This document shows, piece after piece, positions 34,756-45,009 of a stretch of DNA of 64,000 nt (within the stretch, counting starts at the first letter, position 1; each line of letters starts with the position of its first letter). A model generated the notes under the pieces. That model searched no databases, was not told the DNA's origin, and saw only the letters and a list, made by a program, of their open reading frames with translations. The DNA comes from Bacillota bacterium. GTDB lineage: Bacteria; Bacillota; Sulfobacillia; JAUYEG01. The translations under genes were made by a program, and so were the position numbers. The stretch is from NCBI GenBank assembly GCA_030691505.1, contig JAUYEG010000087.1, forward strand, positions 2,476 through 66,475, given 5' to 3'.

Positions 34756-37700
34756 GTGGAGCAAGGCTCGACCGCCTTCGCACTCGGGAAGATTGCGAAA
34801 CAGTCCGACCTGAATGCAGCAATGGAAGCTACGGTTGACGCCGTGGTTAGCTTGCTTGCCCCCGACCATGCGGGTCTTTACCTGCAGGATTGGGGATCGG
34901 GACGCCTGGTGCTGGCTGCCCGCAACACATCACTTGACCCCGCAATACAGCTCGGACTGAAACTCAGGGCAAACGAGGGTCCGATCGGGCAGGCGTTTGC
35001 GTCTTGCCGTGCCCGGTGCGACAGCTACGACTTCCGGGGGGACGCGGTCCCCCCGCAGGGCGTGTCGCCCACTACCCGTTCTCACCTTGTCCAGCCCCTG
35101 ATGGACGGCGAGACGCCGGTCGGCGTGCTTGAGGCCCAAGCCGGGCGCCCGGGGGCCTTCGACTCCAGCGCGGCCGCCACCCTTGCCCTCGTTTCCCGCA
35201 ACGCCGCCCGGTCTCTGCGGTTCGCACTCGGGGTCCGCCAGGAGGCGGTGCGGTCACGCTTGGTGGGTAGCCTACTCGACGCCGCAGTCACCGGCGCCGT
35301 GTTTGTCGACCGGGAGGGCTGGGTAAGGCACGCGAGCGGCCGCCTTCTGGCCATGCTTGGCTTGGAGTCTAACGGCCGCGGCGGCCCGACCGGACGGACG
35401 TATCGCCGTTTCTTCTGGCCCCGGCTTGCCGCCAGGCTCGACCGGCCGTCGCGCTATCCCCCCGCCAAGGTCGCTCGCGCGGTAATCGAAGGGCGCGAGC
35501 TCGAGGAGGACATGTGCCTGTCAGGCCCGGTTGAGATGACCATCCGCCGCCGGTGCGTGCCCGTCCGGGACGACGAAGGACGTATTGCGGGCCGTATCGA
35601 GATCTATGAGGATGTCACGGCCGAACGACGCGCCGCGCGCAGGCTGGAGGCCTCGGCCTCGATAGCCCGGGCCTTGACCGCGAGCTTCGATCTCACCAGC
35701 ATTTTCGCCGGTCTGACCCACGGGCTCTCGGCTGCGGTGGAGTTTGATGCGGCCATCTGCTACATACGCGGAGTCGGGGGCGCCGTCCGCATAGCGCGCC
35801 TTGACCCGCGTTTCCCCGACAGCCCCGTGCTGGAGGAAACCGACCGCCCTGCAGCGCCCGGCGGCTGCTGCTGCCCGGAAGGGTCCGCACTGGTCACCTC
35901 CGACCTCCTGGCCGAGGGCCCCCTGCGCGGCCCGGCGGCTGAACTGCGGGCTCTGGGCATGAAGCAGGTGTGTGTGCTGCCTCTCGCTGTCGGCGAAACC
36001 CGCTGCGGGATTATGGCTGTGGGATTGGCCCGGCCTGTGCCGCGCTACAGCCAGGCGACCCTTGACACACTGGTGCCCCTGGCGGAATTCCTTTCCCTGG
36101 CAGTCAACAACGCCGTGTTGTTTGAGGAGGCGACCTCCAGCGGTGAGGCCGCGCGCGAGGAGGCCGTCTGGGCCTCGGCCCTGCTGGATATGGCCCGCGC
36201 CGTGGCGAGCAGCCCGGGGCCGCATGAGACCTGCGCGGCCGGGGCCGACGTCCTGCGCCGGCTGTTCGATCACCGGTGGGCCCTGATCGCACTCAGGGAC
36301 AGCAGCCGCGACGTGTACGTCGTCGGGCATGCGGACTTCGAGCGCTACAGCGCACCGTGCCGCGAATTCGATCTCAGCCCAGCCATCGCCGTGCTCATCG
36401 AGGCGGCTTCGGCAGGCGCCCGAGTACTCACAGTAACTGGTCCGGAGGTGGGGCCCGACCTGCCGCCCGGCACGGCGTCGTTGGCCGTCGCACCGCTGTG
36501 CTCGGCGGATGACCTCATCGGGGGCGTGATCCTGGGCTTTGCCCACGGCCGCGGACTCGCGGGTGAGCGGGAACAGGCAATACTCCTGGGCCTGGCCGAC
36601 CAGATGGCTCTTGGTGTCCAGCAGGCCGGCCTTCTCGCCGCCGCAAAGCAGCAGGCCAGCCTGCTTGCCGGCATCAGCCGCGCCAGCAGGCGTCTTACCT
36701 CCAGCCTGGACCTGGAAACCGTGCTGGACGAGGTAATCGGCTTCCTCACGCGGGACCAGGGAGCAGACTGGGTAGGGATCTACCTGAAGGACAAGGGGAC
36801 CGGCGATCTGATGCTGCGTGCGCACGGCGGCCGCTTTGCGCCACTGGTGGCGCCGGGCGAGCGCATTCCGTTGGGTCGGGGGCTGATCGGCGCCGCCGCG
36901 GGCGACGGGCAGCCGGTGATAGCCAACGATGTTTCTGTCGACAGCCGCTTCGTTGGCGCCCCCGGCAATCCGACTCAGGCTGAAATGTGCGTTCCCCTCA
37001 AGTTCAACGACCAGATCCTCGGCGTCCTCAACGTCGAGTCGGCGCGCAGAAACGCCTTCGGCGACCGCGAGCTACAGGTGGTAGAGACGCTGTCGGACCA
37101 CCTTGCCATCGCCATCAACAACGCCGACCTGTACCAGCACATCCGGCGTCTGCACCTTGCGACGACCCAATCGCTGGTCAGGGCCATGGAGGCCCGCGAC
37201 CCGTACGCGCGCGGACACGGCGCGCGTGTCTCGGAATACGCCGTGGCCATCGGGTGCCGGCTGGGGCTCAACACGCCCGACGTCGAGGAACTCCGACTGG
37301 CCGGGCTGCTCCACGACGTCGGCAAGGTCGTCGTGGAGGACCGCGTGCTTGCCAAACGGGGGCCCCTCGATTCCGTGGAAAGGGCCCTGGTAATGGAGCA
37401 CTCCGTCGCCGGGGCCGGCATCCTGCGCCGGACGGAGGCCCTCGCCGCCCTTGCGCCGCTGGTCCGCTGGCATCATGAGTGGTACGGGGGCGGGGGGTAC
37501 CCTGACGGGATCAAGGACGACGACATCCCCGTCGGGTCGCGAATCCTGGCCGTCGCCGATGCCTTCGACGCCATGACGTCCGACCGGCCCTACCGTACCG
37601 CGCTCCCGATCGACGAGGCGGAGGAACGGTTGCGGGCCGGGCAATACACGCAGTTTGATCCGGCGGCGGCGCAGGCTTTCCTCGCCGTGCTCGCGGAGGC

Positions 37701-38838
37701 CCGGCAGTGCGGGAGTCCCCTCTGGCGCGATCTGCAGCAGCGCGTCGAGGCAAGCCGGGAGGCGGGCGGCATGCCAGTTGCCGGCCGGGGCAGCCCGGAC
37801 CAGCCCGGCCGGATCCTGCCCGTTCACGGCAGGGCGCTCAACGTGATGTACCGCGTGTCCCTTGAGACTGGCAGCATCCTGCAGCGCCAGCAGCTCCTGC
37901 AGCGAATCCTGGGGATCCTGCACGACACGATGGGCAAGCACAAATACGTCATACTGCTCGCCGAACCCGACTCAAACGATTTGCTCATCGAGGCGGAGAT
38001 CGGATTCGGCAGTTCCCATCACAGGTACAGGATACCGGCAGGGAGGGGAGTCACCGGGTGGGTGGCGGAGCAGGGTGTCCCGCTCCTCGTCAAGGATGTT
38101 GAGAACGACCCGCGCTATATCGCCGGACCGTCGTCGGGCATCCGTTCCGAACTGGCTGTTCCCCTGATCGCCAGGGGCCGGGTAATCGGGGTGCTCGACA
38201 TCGAATCGGAGGTGCCCAACGCATTCACCACGGAGGACCTGTACCTGATCTCCGCGGTCGCCGGCCAGATCTCGACCGCCATCGAGGTCTCTCAACAGCA
38301 CGAACAGGTCGCCCGCGCAGCCATCGTCGACGGTTTGACAGGGCTCTACAACCACTCGTACTTCTACCGACGGCTTGAGGAGGAAATGGCCCGAAGCAAG
38401 CGCCATGGTCGTCCACTCGTCGTAGGTATTGCGGATGTCGACAAGCTAAAAGAGGTCAACGATGAGTACGGCCATCTGGCAGGCGATGCGGTGCTACGCG
38501 AGATCGCGGCCTGCCTCCGCGCCATGCTGCGCAAGTCGGACATTGTCGCCCGCTACGGAGGCGACGAGTTCGGGCTGATCATGCCGGACACGGACCTCCC
38601 CGACGCCGGGATGATCTCTCAGAGGTTTCAGGCAGAGCTTCACTCACGCCTCATTAAGACCGACAAGCACGAAATTACCCTGCCCACCCTGGCTCTGGGC
38701 CTGGCCGTCTTCCCCCTTGAGGGTGACTCCCCGGACGCGCTCGTGAGTAAGGCGGACGAGCGGCTCTACGTCCAAAAGGGCTCCGGTCGATCCTCCGGCC
38801 CGAGCCACCTTGAGCTGCGTGTGACGCGCACCGCCTGA
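34756..38838 (+). CDS. multidomain c-di-GMP signalling protein: GAF-PAS-GAF-GAF-GAF-HD-GYP-GAF-GGDEF
   Basis: HD-GYP motifs LLHDVGK and HHEWYGGGGYP. Intact GGDEF (RYGGDEFGL) with an RKSD I-site. Several GAF-like segments. GTG start with RBS GGGAGGG. The track start at 34693 is an extension. Confidence 0.85.
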   Translation: MEQGSTAFALGKIAKQSDLNAAMEATVDAVVSLLAPDHAGLYLQDWGSGRLVLAARNTSLDPAIQLGLKLRANEGPIGQAFASCRARCDSYDFRGDAVPPQGVSPTTRSHLVQPLMDGETPVGVLEAQAGRPGAFDSSAAATLALVSRNAARSLRFALGVRQEAVRSRLVGSLLDAAVTGAVFVDREGWVRHASGRLLAMLGLESNGRGGPTGRTYRRFFWPRLAARLDRPSRYPPAKVARAVIEGRELEEDMCLSGPVEMTIRRRCVPVRDDEGRIAGRIEIYEDVTAERRAARRLEASASIARALTASFDLTSIFAGLTHGLSAAVEFDAAICYIRGVGGAVRIARLDPRFPDSPVLEETDRPAAPGGCCCPEGSALVTSDLLAEGPLRGPAAELRALGMKQVCVLPLAVGETRCGIMAVGLARPVPRYSQATLDTLVPLAEFLSLAVNNAVLFEEATSSGEAAREEAVWASALLDMARAVASSPGPHETCAAGADVLRRLFDHRWALIALRDSSRDVYVVGHADFERYSAPCREFDLSPAIAVLIEAASAGARVLTVTGPEVGPDLPPGTASLAVAPLCSADDLIGGVILGFAHGRGLAGEREQAILLGLADQMALGVQQAGLLAAAKQQASLLAGISRASRRLTSSLDLETVLDEVIGFLTRDQGADWVGIYLKDKGTGDLMLRAHGGRFAPLVAPGERIPLGRGLIGAAAGDGQPVIANDVSVDSRFVGAPGNPTQAEMCVPLKFNDQILGVLNVESARRNAFGDRELQVVETLSDHLAIAINNADLYQHIRRLHLATTQSLVRAMEARDPYARGHGARVSEYAVAIGCRLGLNTPDVEELRLAGLLHDVGKVVVEDRVLAKRGPLDSVERALVMEHSVAGAGILRRTEALAALAPLVRWHHEWYGGGGYPDGIKDDDIPVGSRILAVADAFDAMTSDRPYRTALPIDEAEERLRAGQYTQFDPAAAQAFLAVLAEARQCGSPLWRDLQQRVEASREAGGMPVAGRGSPDQPGRILPVHGRALNVMYRVSLETGSILQRQQLLQRILGILHDTMGKHKYVILLAEPDSNDLLIEAEIGFGSSHHRYRIPAGRGVTGWVAEQGVPLLVKDVENDPRYIAGPSSGIRSELAVPLIARGRVIGVLDIESEVPNAFTTEDLYLISAVAGQISTAIEVSQQHEQVARAAIVDGLTGLYNHSYFYRRLEEEMARSKRHGRPLVVGIADVDKLKEVNDEYGHLAGDAVLREIAACLRAMLRKSDIVARYGGDEFGLIMPDTDLPDAGMISQRFQAELHSRLIKTDKHEITLPTLALGLAVFPLEGDSPDALVSKADERLYVQKGSGRSSGPSHLELRVTRTA

Positions 38839-38971
38839 CGGCATAGGGGTCTTGGGGCGGGCGCATAATCGGAGTTGCACGGGCAAGCAGGAATCGGCGG
38901 GCGGGTATTCGAAGTCCCGTGGCTGGTCAGCCCCGTGACCGCAGCGGGGGAATCCTTTGGGGGGCATCTTG

Positions 38972-41080
38972 ATGAGCACCGCGCTGATTTGGTCTGCGCC
39001 CGCAGCGTCCGCCGCGGCACTGTTGTTTGCGCTTTATCTAGCTGGCACGATCATGCGCAAGGACGAGGGGACGCCGGCAATGCAGGAGATCGCGGCCGCC
39101 GTCCGTGAGGGCGCCGGCGCCTACCTCCGGCGGCAGTACACCGGTGTCGCGCTGTTTTTTGCGGCGATGTTCGTCCTTCTGCTCGTCTTCGCCCTTCGCG
39201 GCTACATGACCGTGTTTGTGCCGTTCGCCTTCGTGTCCGGCGGCTTTTTCTCCGGACTGGCCGGTTTCATCGGGATGAGCGTGGCCACCAGGTCCAGTTC
39301 ACGCACCGCTCAGGGAGCCGCGCGAAGCCTCAACGAGGGCCTTCAGGTTGCCTTTTCCAGCGGCGCGGTGATGGGCCTCGTTGTGGTCGGCCTCGGCCTC
39401 CTGCACCTGTCGATCTGGTACTTCGCGCTTGACAGCTACTATGCCGGCCTCGAGGCGTCGGCCCGCATTCGTACGATCACCAGCATCCTGCTGACCTCGG
39501 GGATGGGCGCCAGTTCCATGGCGCTGTTCGCCCGGGTCGGTGGGGGCATTTTCACCAAGGCCGCCGACGTCGGCGCGGACCTGGTCGGCAAGCTCGAGGC
39601 CGGCATTCCCGAGGACGACCCGCGCAACCCCGGCGTAATCGCGGACAACGTCGGCGACAACGTCGGCGACGTGGCCGGGATGGGCGCCGACCTCTACGAG
39701 TCGTACATCGGGTCCATCGTGGCGACCGCAGCACTGGCTGTGGCCGCGGGCTACGGCGTCGGCGGCCTGAGCCTGCCTTTTGGGCTGGCGGCGCTCGGCG
39801 TATTCGCGGCCATCCTGGGGACGTTCTTCGTCCGCGCCGGCGAGCGCGCCGAGCAGAGCGCGCTCCTGGGAGCGCTGCGCCGCGGGGTCTACGCGGCCAG
39901 CCTGGTTGTCGCGATCGGCGCGTATTTCCTCGTGCGCGAGGCGCTCGGCGATGGACGCCTGGGCGTCTATTTCGCCGTGCTGGCCGGGCTGCTGGCCGGC
40001 AACCTGATCGGCTTTGCGACCGAGTATTACACCTCGGCCACCTACCGGCCGACGCAGTCTCTGGCCGCCACTTCGCTGACCGGTCCCGCGACGGTCATGA
40101 TCGGCGGGCTGTCGCTCGGCATGCTTTCCACCGCGGTTCCCGTGATCACGGTCAGCATCGCCGTTCTTGCGAGCTTCTACCTGGCCGGCGGCGGCCAGGA
40201 CACCAGCGCCGGCCTGTACGGGGTGGGTATCGCGGCAGTGGGCATGCTCTCGACACTTGGCATCACGCTGGCCACTGATGCGTACGGGCCCGTGGCCGAC
40301 AACGCCGGCGGGATTGCCGAGATGGCGCACCTGGGCCCGGAGGTACGGGAGCGTACCGACGCCCTCGACTCGCTCGGCAACACCACAGCGGCCACGGGAA
40401 AGGGTTTTGCGATCGGCTCGGCCGCCCTGACCGCGTTGGCCCTGATTGCAGCCTACCGCGAGCAGGTTTTCGCGCTGATGGCGGAAATGGGGCTGACGCG
40501 CGAGCTCAATTTGTCCGTTCTTAACCCGAAGGTAATTGTCGGCATGTTTATCGGCGGGATGCTCCCGTTCCTGTTCGGCGCGTTTACGATGAGCGCGGTC
40601 GGCCGCGCGGCGCAAGAGGTGGTCACCGAGGTGAGGCGGCAGTTCCGCGAGATCAAGGGCCTTATGGAGGGCACGGCGCGGGCCGACTACGCTGCCTGCG
40701 TCGATATCTGCACGCGGGCGGCGCAGCGCGAGATGGTCGCCCCGGCGCTGCTGGCGATCATCGCGCCCGTTCTGGTCGGAGTCGTCCTCGGCGTCGAGGC
40801 CGTGGCCGGGCTGCTGGTCGGCGCCACGGTCGGCGGTTTCACCATGGCGGTGATGATGGCCAATGCCGGAGGTGCTTGGGACAACGCCAAGAAGTACATT
40901 GAGGCGGGGCAGCACGGAGGCAAAGGCAGCGCCGCGCACAAAGCCGCTGTTGTCGGCGACACAGTCGGCGATCCGTTCAAGGACACGTCGGGCCCTTCGT
41001 TGAATATCCTGATCAAGCTGGTGTCGATGGTCTCGGTCGTGTTCGCCGGCTTCGTGCTGGCCAACACGCTTATCCGTTAG
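38972..41080 (+). CDS. hppA: membrane-bound proton/sodium-translocating pyrophosphatase
   Basis: About 16 TM segments and V-PPase motifs (GGIFTKAADVGADLVGK, DNVGDNVGD). ATG 38972 with a GGGGGG RBS. Confidence 0.9.
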   Translation: MSTALIWSAPAASAAALLFALYLAGTIMRKDEGTPAMQEIAAAVREGAGAYLRRQYTGVALFFAAMFVLLLVFALRGYMTVFVPFAFVSGGFFSGLAGFIGMSVATRSSSRTAQGAARSLNEGLQVAFSSGAVMGLVVVGLGLLHLSIWYFALDSYYAGLEASARIRTITSILLTSGMGASSMALFARVGGGIFTKAADVGADLVGKLEAGIPEDDPRNPGVIADNVGDNVGDVAGMGADLYESYIGSIVATAALAVAAGYGVGGLSLPFGLAALGVFAAILGTFFVRAGERAEQSALLGALRRGVYAASLVVAIGAYFLVREALGDGRLGVYFAVLAGLLAGNLIGFATEYYTSATYRPTQSLAATSLTGPATVMIGGLSLGMLSTAVPVITVSIAVLASFYLAGGGQDTSAGLYGVGIAAVGMLSTLGITLATDAYGPVADNAGGIAEMAHLGPEVRERTDALDSLGNTTAATGKGFAIGSAALTALALIAAYREQVFALMAEMGLTRELNLSVLNPKVIVGMFIGGMLPFLFGAFTMSAVGRAAQEVVTEVRRQFREIKGLMEGTARADYAACVDICTRAAQREMVAPALLAIIAPVLVGVVLGVEAVAGLLVGATVGGFTMAVMMANAGGAWDNAKKYIEAGQHGGKGSAAHKAAVVGDTVGDPFKDTSGPSLNILIKLVSMVSVVFAGFVLANTLIR

Positions 41081-41139
41081 GCCGGGATAGCTGGGTTGAC
41101 CTGCGATGGGCAGCCGTCTATATTCAGGCTTGACACGTT

Positions 41140-41186
41140 GGCTTGGGTGGGGTAGCTTCCAGCCAAAGACATAGACCAGCCCACCA
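41140..41186 (+). promoter_or_regulatory. putative marR promoter (TTGACA -17- TAGCTT) with an imperfect inverted repeat TTGGCTTGGGTGGG ... CCAGCCAAAG ... CCCACCAA
   Basis: Seen directly upstream of the MarR gene. Candidate autoregulatory operator. Confidence 0.35.
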
Positions 41187-41675
41187 ATGCCGGGGGGCTA
41201 CGCGATGGATGAGCAACATGATTTGGGGCGGCTCGAGGACCTCCTTCGTCTCCTGCCCGTGTTCATGAAGCGATTGGGTGAGGCTTTTCACCACGAGTCC
41301 GATACCGCGCACCGTTTTACTCACGCCCAGTTTCGGGTGCTTGTCCTGGCCTCGAAACGCGATGAGTGGCGGATGAGCGATCTTGCGGGCCGGATGGCCC
41401 TCTCACCGGGCAGCCTGACGCTGATGATGGACCGTCTGATCGAGGATGGTTTGATATCGCGCGGGCGCAGCGACGAGGACCGGCGTGTGGTCATCGTGCG
41501 GATCACGGAAATGGGTCGTGCCATGCTCGCGGAGCGTAGGGCGGGGCTTAACAGGCTCGCTGCCGCATACATCGCCCGTCTTTCGCCCCCTGAACGCAAA
41601 GAGTTGCTCCATGCCGTGGGAACGATCGTCAGGTTTCTGGAGAAGCACGTAGCCGACTCAACCTCTCCGTACTGA
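41187..41675 (+). CDS. MarR-family transcriptional regulator
   Basis: Winged-helix region RMSDLAGRMALSPGSLTLMMDRLIEDGLISR. Confidence 0.8.
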   Translation: MPGGYAMDEQHDLGRLEDLLRLLPVFMKRLGEAFHHESDTAHRFTHAQFRVLVLASKRDEWRMSDLAGRMALSPGSLTLMMDRLIEDGLISRGRSDEDRRVVIVRITEMGRAMLAERRAGLNRLAAAYIARLSPPERKELLHAVGTIVRFLEKHVADSTSPY

Positions 41676-41681
41676 AACCCC

Positions 41682-42407
41682 ATGGCCAGCCTGAATGCGC
41701 CGTCGCCCGACCTATACGGACGGGCCCTGCTTGATTACCTCAAAGGTCGTCGCCTGCCCGTCCATCTCCGGCGGGGCGACGGGCGGCTGGCTGTGCTCGA
41801 TCTGAAATCCTACTTCGGGGGACCTGAGCTGTTTACGCCGATGGAGCGATGTATCGTTGCCCACGCGCGGGGCGCCGTACTGGACCTCGGCGCCGGAGGC
41901 GGCCGCATCGCCGCGCATTTGCAGTCCATGGCCGGACCGGACCAGGATGTAACCGAGGTAGTCGCGGTCGACGCCTCACAGGGGGCGTGTTCCTGCCTCA
42001 GGCGTTTCGGGCTCCGGTCGGTCGTGCACAGCCCGTGGCAACGGGTGATGGAGTCAGGCATCTGGCACGGCCGTTTCGACAGCGTGGTGCTTGCGGGCGG
42101 CAACCTTGGCCTGGCCGGTGACCCATCCGGCCTGGCCGTAATGCTCGGCTGGCTCCGCGGCCTGCTCAGACCGTGTGGCACGATACTGGCTACGGGGCTC
42201 GCCCCTTGGCCGCCTCCGGGCGGCTGCGACGCACTGCCGGTCCGGTTTCGTGTCGAGTACGCCGGCAGGGTCGGCGAGTGGTTTGCCTGGCTGACGCTTA
42301 CGCCCGCGGCCCTTGAGCTGGCCGCCGCGAGCGAGGGTCTGCGCGTGGAACGCTGGCTGCTGCCGGCCGATCACGCGGATTTCGGGGCGCAACTGGTCAG
42401 GATCTGA
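41682..42407 (+). CDS. class-I SAM-dependent methyltransferase
   Basis: Motif I VLDLGAGGGRIA. Confidence 0.75.
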   Translation: MASLNAPSPDLYGRALLDYLKGRRLPVHLRRGDGRLAVLDLKSYFGGPELFTPMERCIVAHARGAVLDLGAGGGRIAAHLQSMAGPDQDVTEVVAVDASQGACSCLRRFGLRSVVHSPWQRVMESGIWHGRFDSVVLAGGNLGLAGDPSGLAVMLGWLRGLLRPCGTILATGLAPWPPPGGCDALPVRFRVEYAGRVGEWFAWLTLTPAALELAAASEGLRVERWLLPADHADFGAQLVRI

Positions 42408-42471
42408 GCCGCCAGGGCGCGCGCGTGCGGTGCCCGCGGCCGGCGTCCGAGCATGAAAGGAGGCGCAAGAC

Positions 42472-43242
42472 GTGTATCCGGAGCTCCTGCGGATCGGCCG
42501 GTTGGCCATCTATAGCTATGGTTTCATGCTTGGCATGTCACTGCTCAGTGCGGTCTGGCTCAGCTACCGCCAGGCGCCCCGCGAGGGCGTCGACCCTCAG
42601 ATCACGCTCGATTTCAGCCTGGCGATCGTCGTGGCGGGTGTGGTTGGGTCCAGACTGGTCTTTGTCCTTCTCAACTGGGAGTACTACGCCTCAAACCCGG
42701 TCAGCATTCTGGGGATCGGCGAGGGCGGTCTGGCCGGCCTGTCGATCCATGGCGGGTTGCTCGGCGGCATTATTGCCGGCTGGTTTATGTGCGCGCGACA
42801 CGGTTTGCGCTTTCCGGTTATGGCGGACCTGTACGCACGGCCCCTGGCGATGGGGCACACCCTCGGCCGCATAGGTTGCGTGCTGCGGGGCTGCTGCTTC
42901 GGGGAGCTCACGGGCGGGGGGTGGGGTGTGCGGACCGTCTACGCCTGGGGGCTGCGGCATCCCAGCCAGCTATATGAATCAGGTCTTGCGCTGCTGCTTT
43001 TTGTCGGGCTCACCTGGTATATGAAGCGCCCGCGCGCAGCCGGGCAGCTGTTCCTGCTGTACGCGGGCGGCTACGCGGTGGCCCGGTTTCTGGCCGATTT
43101 GTACCGTGAGTCGGACTTGGTCACCGGATCGCTCAATCTCGCCCAACTCGTCAGCCTCGGGGTGTTGTGTATCGTCGTGCCGCTGTGGTTTCGCCTTGGG
43201 GCCGGGTCCCGGGCCGGGGCTTCGCGCGGCCCCCGTACCTGA
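42472..43242 (+). CDS. lgt: prolipoprotein diacylglyceryl transferase
   Basis: Lgt signature GLRHPSQLYES and multiple TM segments. Confidence 0.85.
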   Translation: MYPELLRIGRLAIYSYGFMLGMSLLSAVWLSYRQAPREGVDPQITLDFSLAIVVAGVVGSRLVFVLLNWEYYASNPVSILGIGEGGLAGLSIHGGLLGGIIAGWFMCARHGLRFPVMADLYARPLAMGHTLGRIGCVLRGCCFGELTGGGWGVRTVYAWGLRHPSQLYESGLALLLFVGLTWYMKRPRAAGQLFLLYAGGYAVARFLADLYRESDLVTGSLNLAQLVSLGVLCIVVPLWFRLGAGSRAGASRGPRT

Positions 43243-43419
43243 GTCTTGCGCGGGTTTTGCCGAGCGCCCTAAAGTATGCCCCTCCGCGCCGGGATAAACG
43301 GGACAGCGGCGTTGCCCGGTCCCACTATTCGTGTGCCTGTCCAGCCATCCGTCGGGCCCGGCCCCCGGGCCGGGCGTCCAGCCGCCACCCAGTCGCCCCA
43401 AAGCAGGGAGGATTCGCCG

Positions 43420-44454
43420 GTGCGCATTCACGAGTTGTTGCAGATGGCCGTCGACCAGGGAGCCTCCGACCTGATTATCACCGTCGGCAGTCCGCCGGTG
43501 CTGCGCAGAAACGGCACGCTGGTTCGCCTTGAGGGCCAGCGGATGGCGCCCGCGGACACGGACGGACTCCTTCAGCAACTGCTCTTGGAGGGGCACCGTG
43601 ATACCTTCGCCCGGACCGGCGAGATCAGTCTCTCCTACAGCGTTTTCGGCACCGGCCGGTTCCGGATCCAGGCGTTCCGCCAGCGCGGGACGGTAACGCT
43701 GATCGCCCGCACCATTCCAACCGCTGTGCAGTCCGCCATCCAACTGGGCATTCCCGACTCCGCCGTGCGGCTCGCACTCAGCGCCAGCGGCCTAGTAATC
43801 GTCGCCGGTCCCCCGGGCAGCGGCCGTACGACGACGCTGGCGAGCATGGTTGATACCATCAATTCGCAAAGGGAAGCCCACGTGCTGACCCTCGAGGACC
43901 CGATCGAGTTCCTGCACCGCCATAGCCGCAGCCTGGTCAACCAGCGTGAAGTCGGCACCGACTGCCCGAGCTTCGGCGCGGGTCTGCGTGCCGCGATTCA
44001 CCAGACCGTGGACGTGATTGCAGTTGGGGAGATGGACCCCGAGTCTGTGCCTCTGATGCTGACAGCCGCCGGCAGCGGCATTCTGGTGCTCACCTCGGCG
44101 CTGGCCCGCGATGTTCGTGAGGTGCTCGGCCAAATGGCCACGGCCTTTGAGCCGCACCAGCAGGAGCGGGCCTGCAGGCTCCTGGCCGACAATCTCCGGG
44201 GCGTGGTCTGCCAGCAGCTTGTGCCGAGGTCCGGCGGGGACGGCATGGTTGCGGCATTTGAGGTGTTTGTTGTTGAAAGCGCCGCGCGCGAGCTCATCCG
44301 CACCATGCGCCTCGATGAGGTTTCCCGTCTGCTTGATGGGGGCGGCGGCGGGGATTCCGTGCCGATGCGCGACGCTCTCGCCGCCCTCGCCGCGGCCGGC
44401 AAGATAAGCGAGAGCGATTTCCACGCCCGGTGCGTTGCACTGCAGGCGCACTGA
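43420..44454 (+). CDS. pilT: type IV pilus retraction ATPase PilT-like
   Basis: GPPGSGRTTT Walker A and PilT/PilU-type secretion ATPase core (LEDPIEF, VGEMD). GTG start with RBS AGGGAGGA. Confidence 0.8.
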   Translation: MRIHELLQMAVDQGASDLIITVGSPPVLRRNGTLVRLEGQRMAPADTDGLLQQLLLEGHRDTFARTGEISLSYSVFGTGRFRIQAFRQRGTVTLIARTIPTAVQSAIQLGIPDSAVRLALSASGLVIVAGPPGSGRTTTLASMVDTINSQREAHVLTLEDPIEFLHRHSRSLVNQREVGTDCPSFGAGLRAAIHQTVDVIAVGEMDPESVPLMLTAAGSGILVLTSALARDVREVLGQMATAFEPHQQERACRLLADNLRGVVCQQLVPRSGGDGMVAAFEVFVVESAARELIRTMRLDEVSRLLDGGGGGDSVPMRDALAALAAAGKISESDFHARCVALQAH

Positions 44455-44589
44455 GCCCCGTTCACTGAGTTCTGTTTCGCCGAACGCCTCCTGGACACTC
44501 CTTGCCAGCTAGCGTGGGCGTCACCAGCTTGCGTGTGTTGCGCCGTCGCGTACCCGCACGTACAATCATGGCACGGGGGGTGCGGCGCA

Positions 44590-44997
44590 ATGCGGCATTT
44601 CAGCCTGCGACGGCTCATGACTCCCTACGATCTTGGCCTGGCTGCAGCTATTCTGGTCGCGGCGTTGGTGAGCTTCTACTGGGTCGGCTTTGCGGGAGCG
44701 GCGGGGGCGGGCGTGCTCCGGGTCGAGATCGAAGGCCGCCTGGTCACCGAGGTCACCTTTAAGGTAACGGATCCCCCACGGCTCATCCCGGTCAGGGCTC
44801 CGCGCGGTCTCGTCACGATCGAGTTGCGCGACGGGCGGGCCCGGGTTCTCCCGCTTCCGGTGGAGGTCTGTCCCCTCGGCATCTGCTGGAACTCCGGGTG
44901 GACCGGAAGCCCCGCCAAAGCAATCGTGTGCCTGCCCAACAGGCTTGTCCTGCGGGTGCTGACGGGCGCCGGCGGCATTGACGGAATTACCAGGTAG
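44590..44997 (+). CDS. NusG-domain-II (DUF1312)-containing small membrane-anchored protein
   Basis: N-terminal TM. C-terminal VCPLGICWNSGW ... IVCLPNRLVLRV matches the CP..C...G.I.....IVCLPN pattern. A -35 TTGCGC -17- TACAAT promoter lies upstream. Confidence 0.5.
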   Translation: MRHFSLRRLMTPYDLGLAAAILVAALVSFYWVGFAGAAGAGVLRVEIEGRLVTEVTFKVTDPPRLIPVRAPRGLVTIELRDGRARVLPLPVEVCPLGICWNSGWTGSPAKAIVCLPNRLVLRVLTGAGGIDGITR

Positions 44998-45009
44998 GGC
45001 GGTGGGCCA

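Noticed and set aside
35521-36825. 434-aa antisense ORF inside the GGDEF/HD-GYP gene (and similar long antisense ORFs at 818-1645, 4064-4810, 39299-40939, 54586-56157, 61189-62715)
   Set aside because: The opposite strand encodes proteins with unambiguous motifs. These are the usual antisense open frames of GC-rich DNA.
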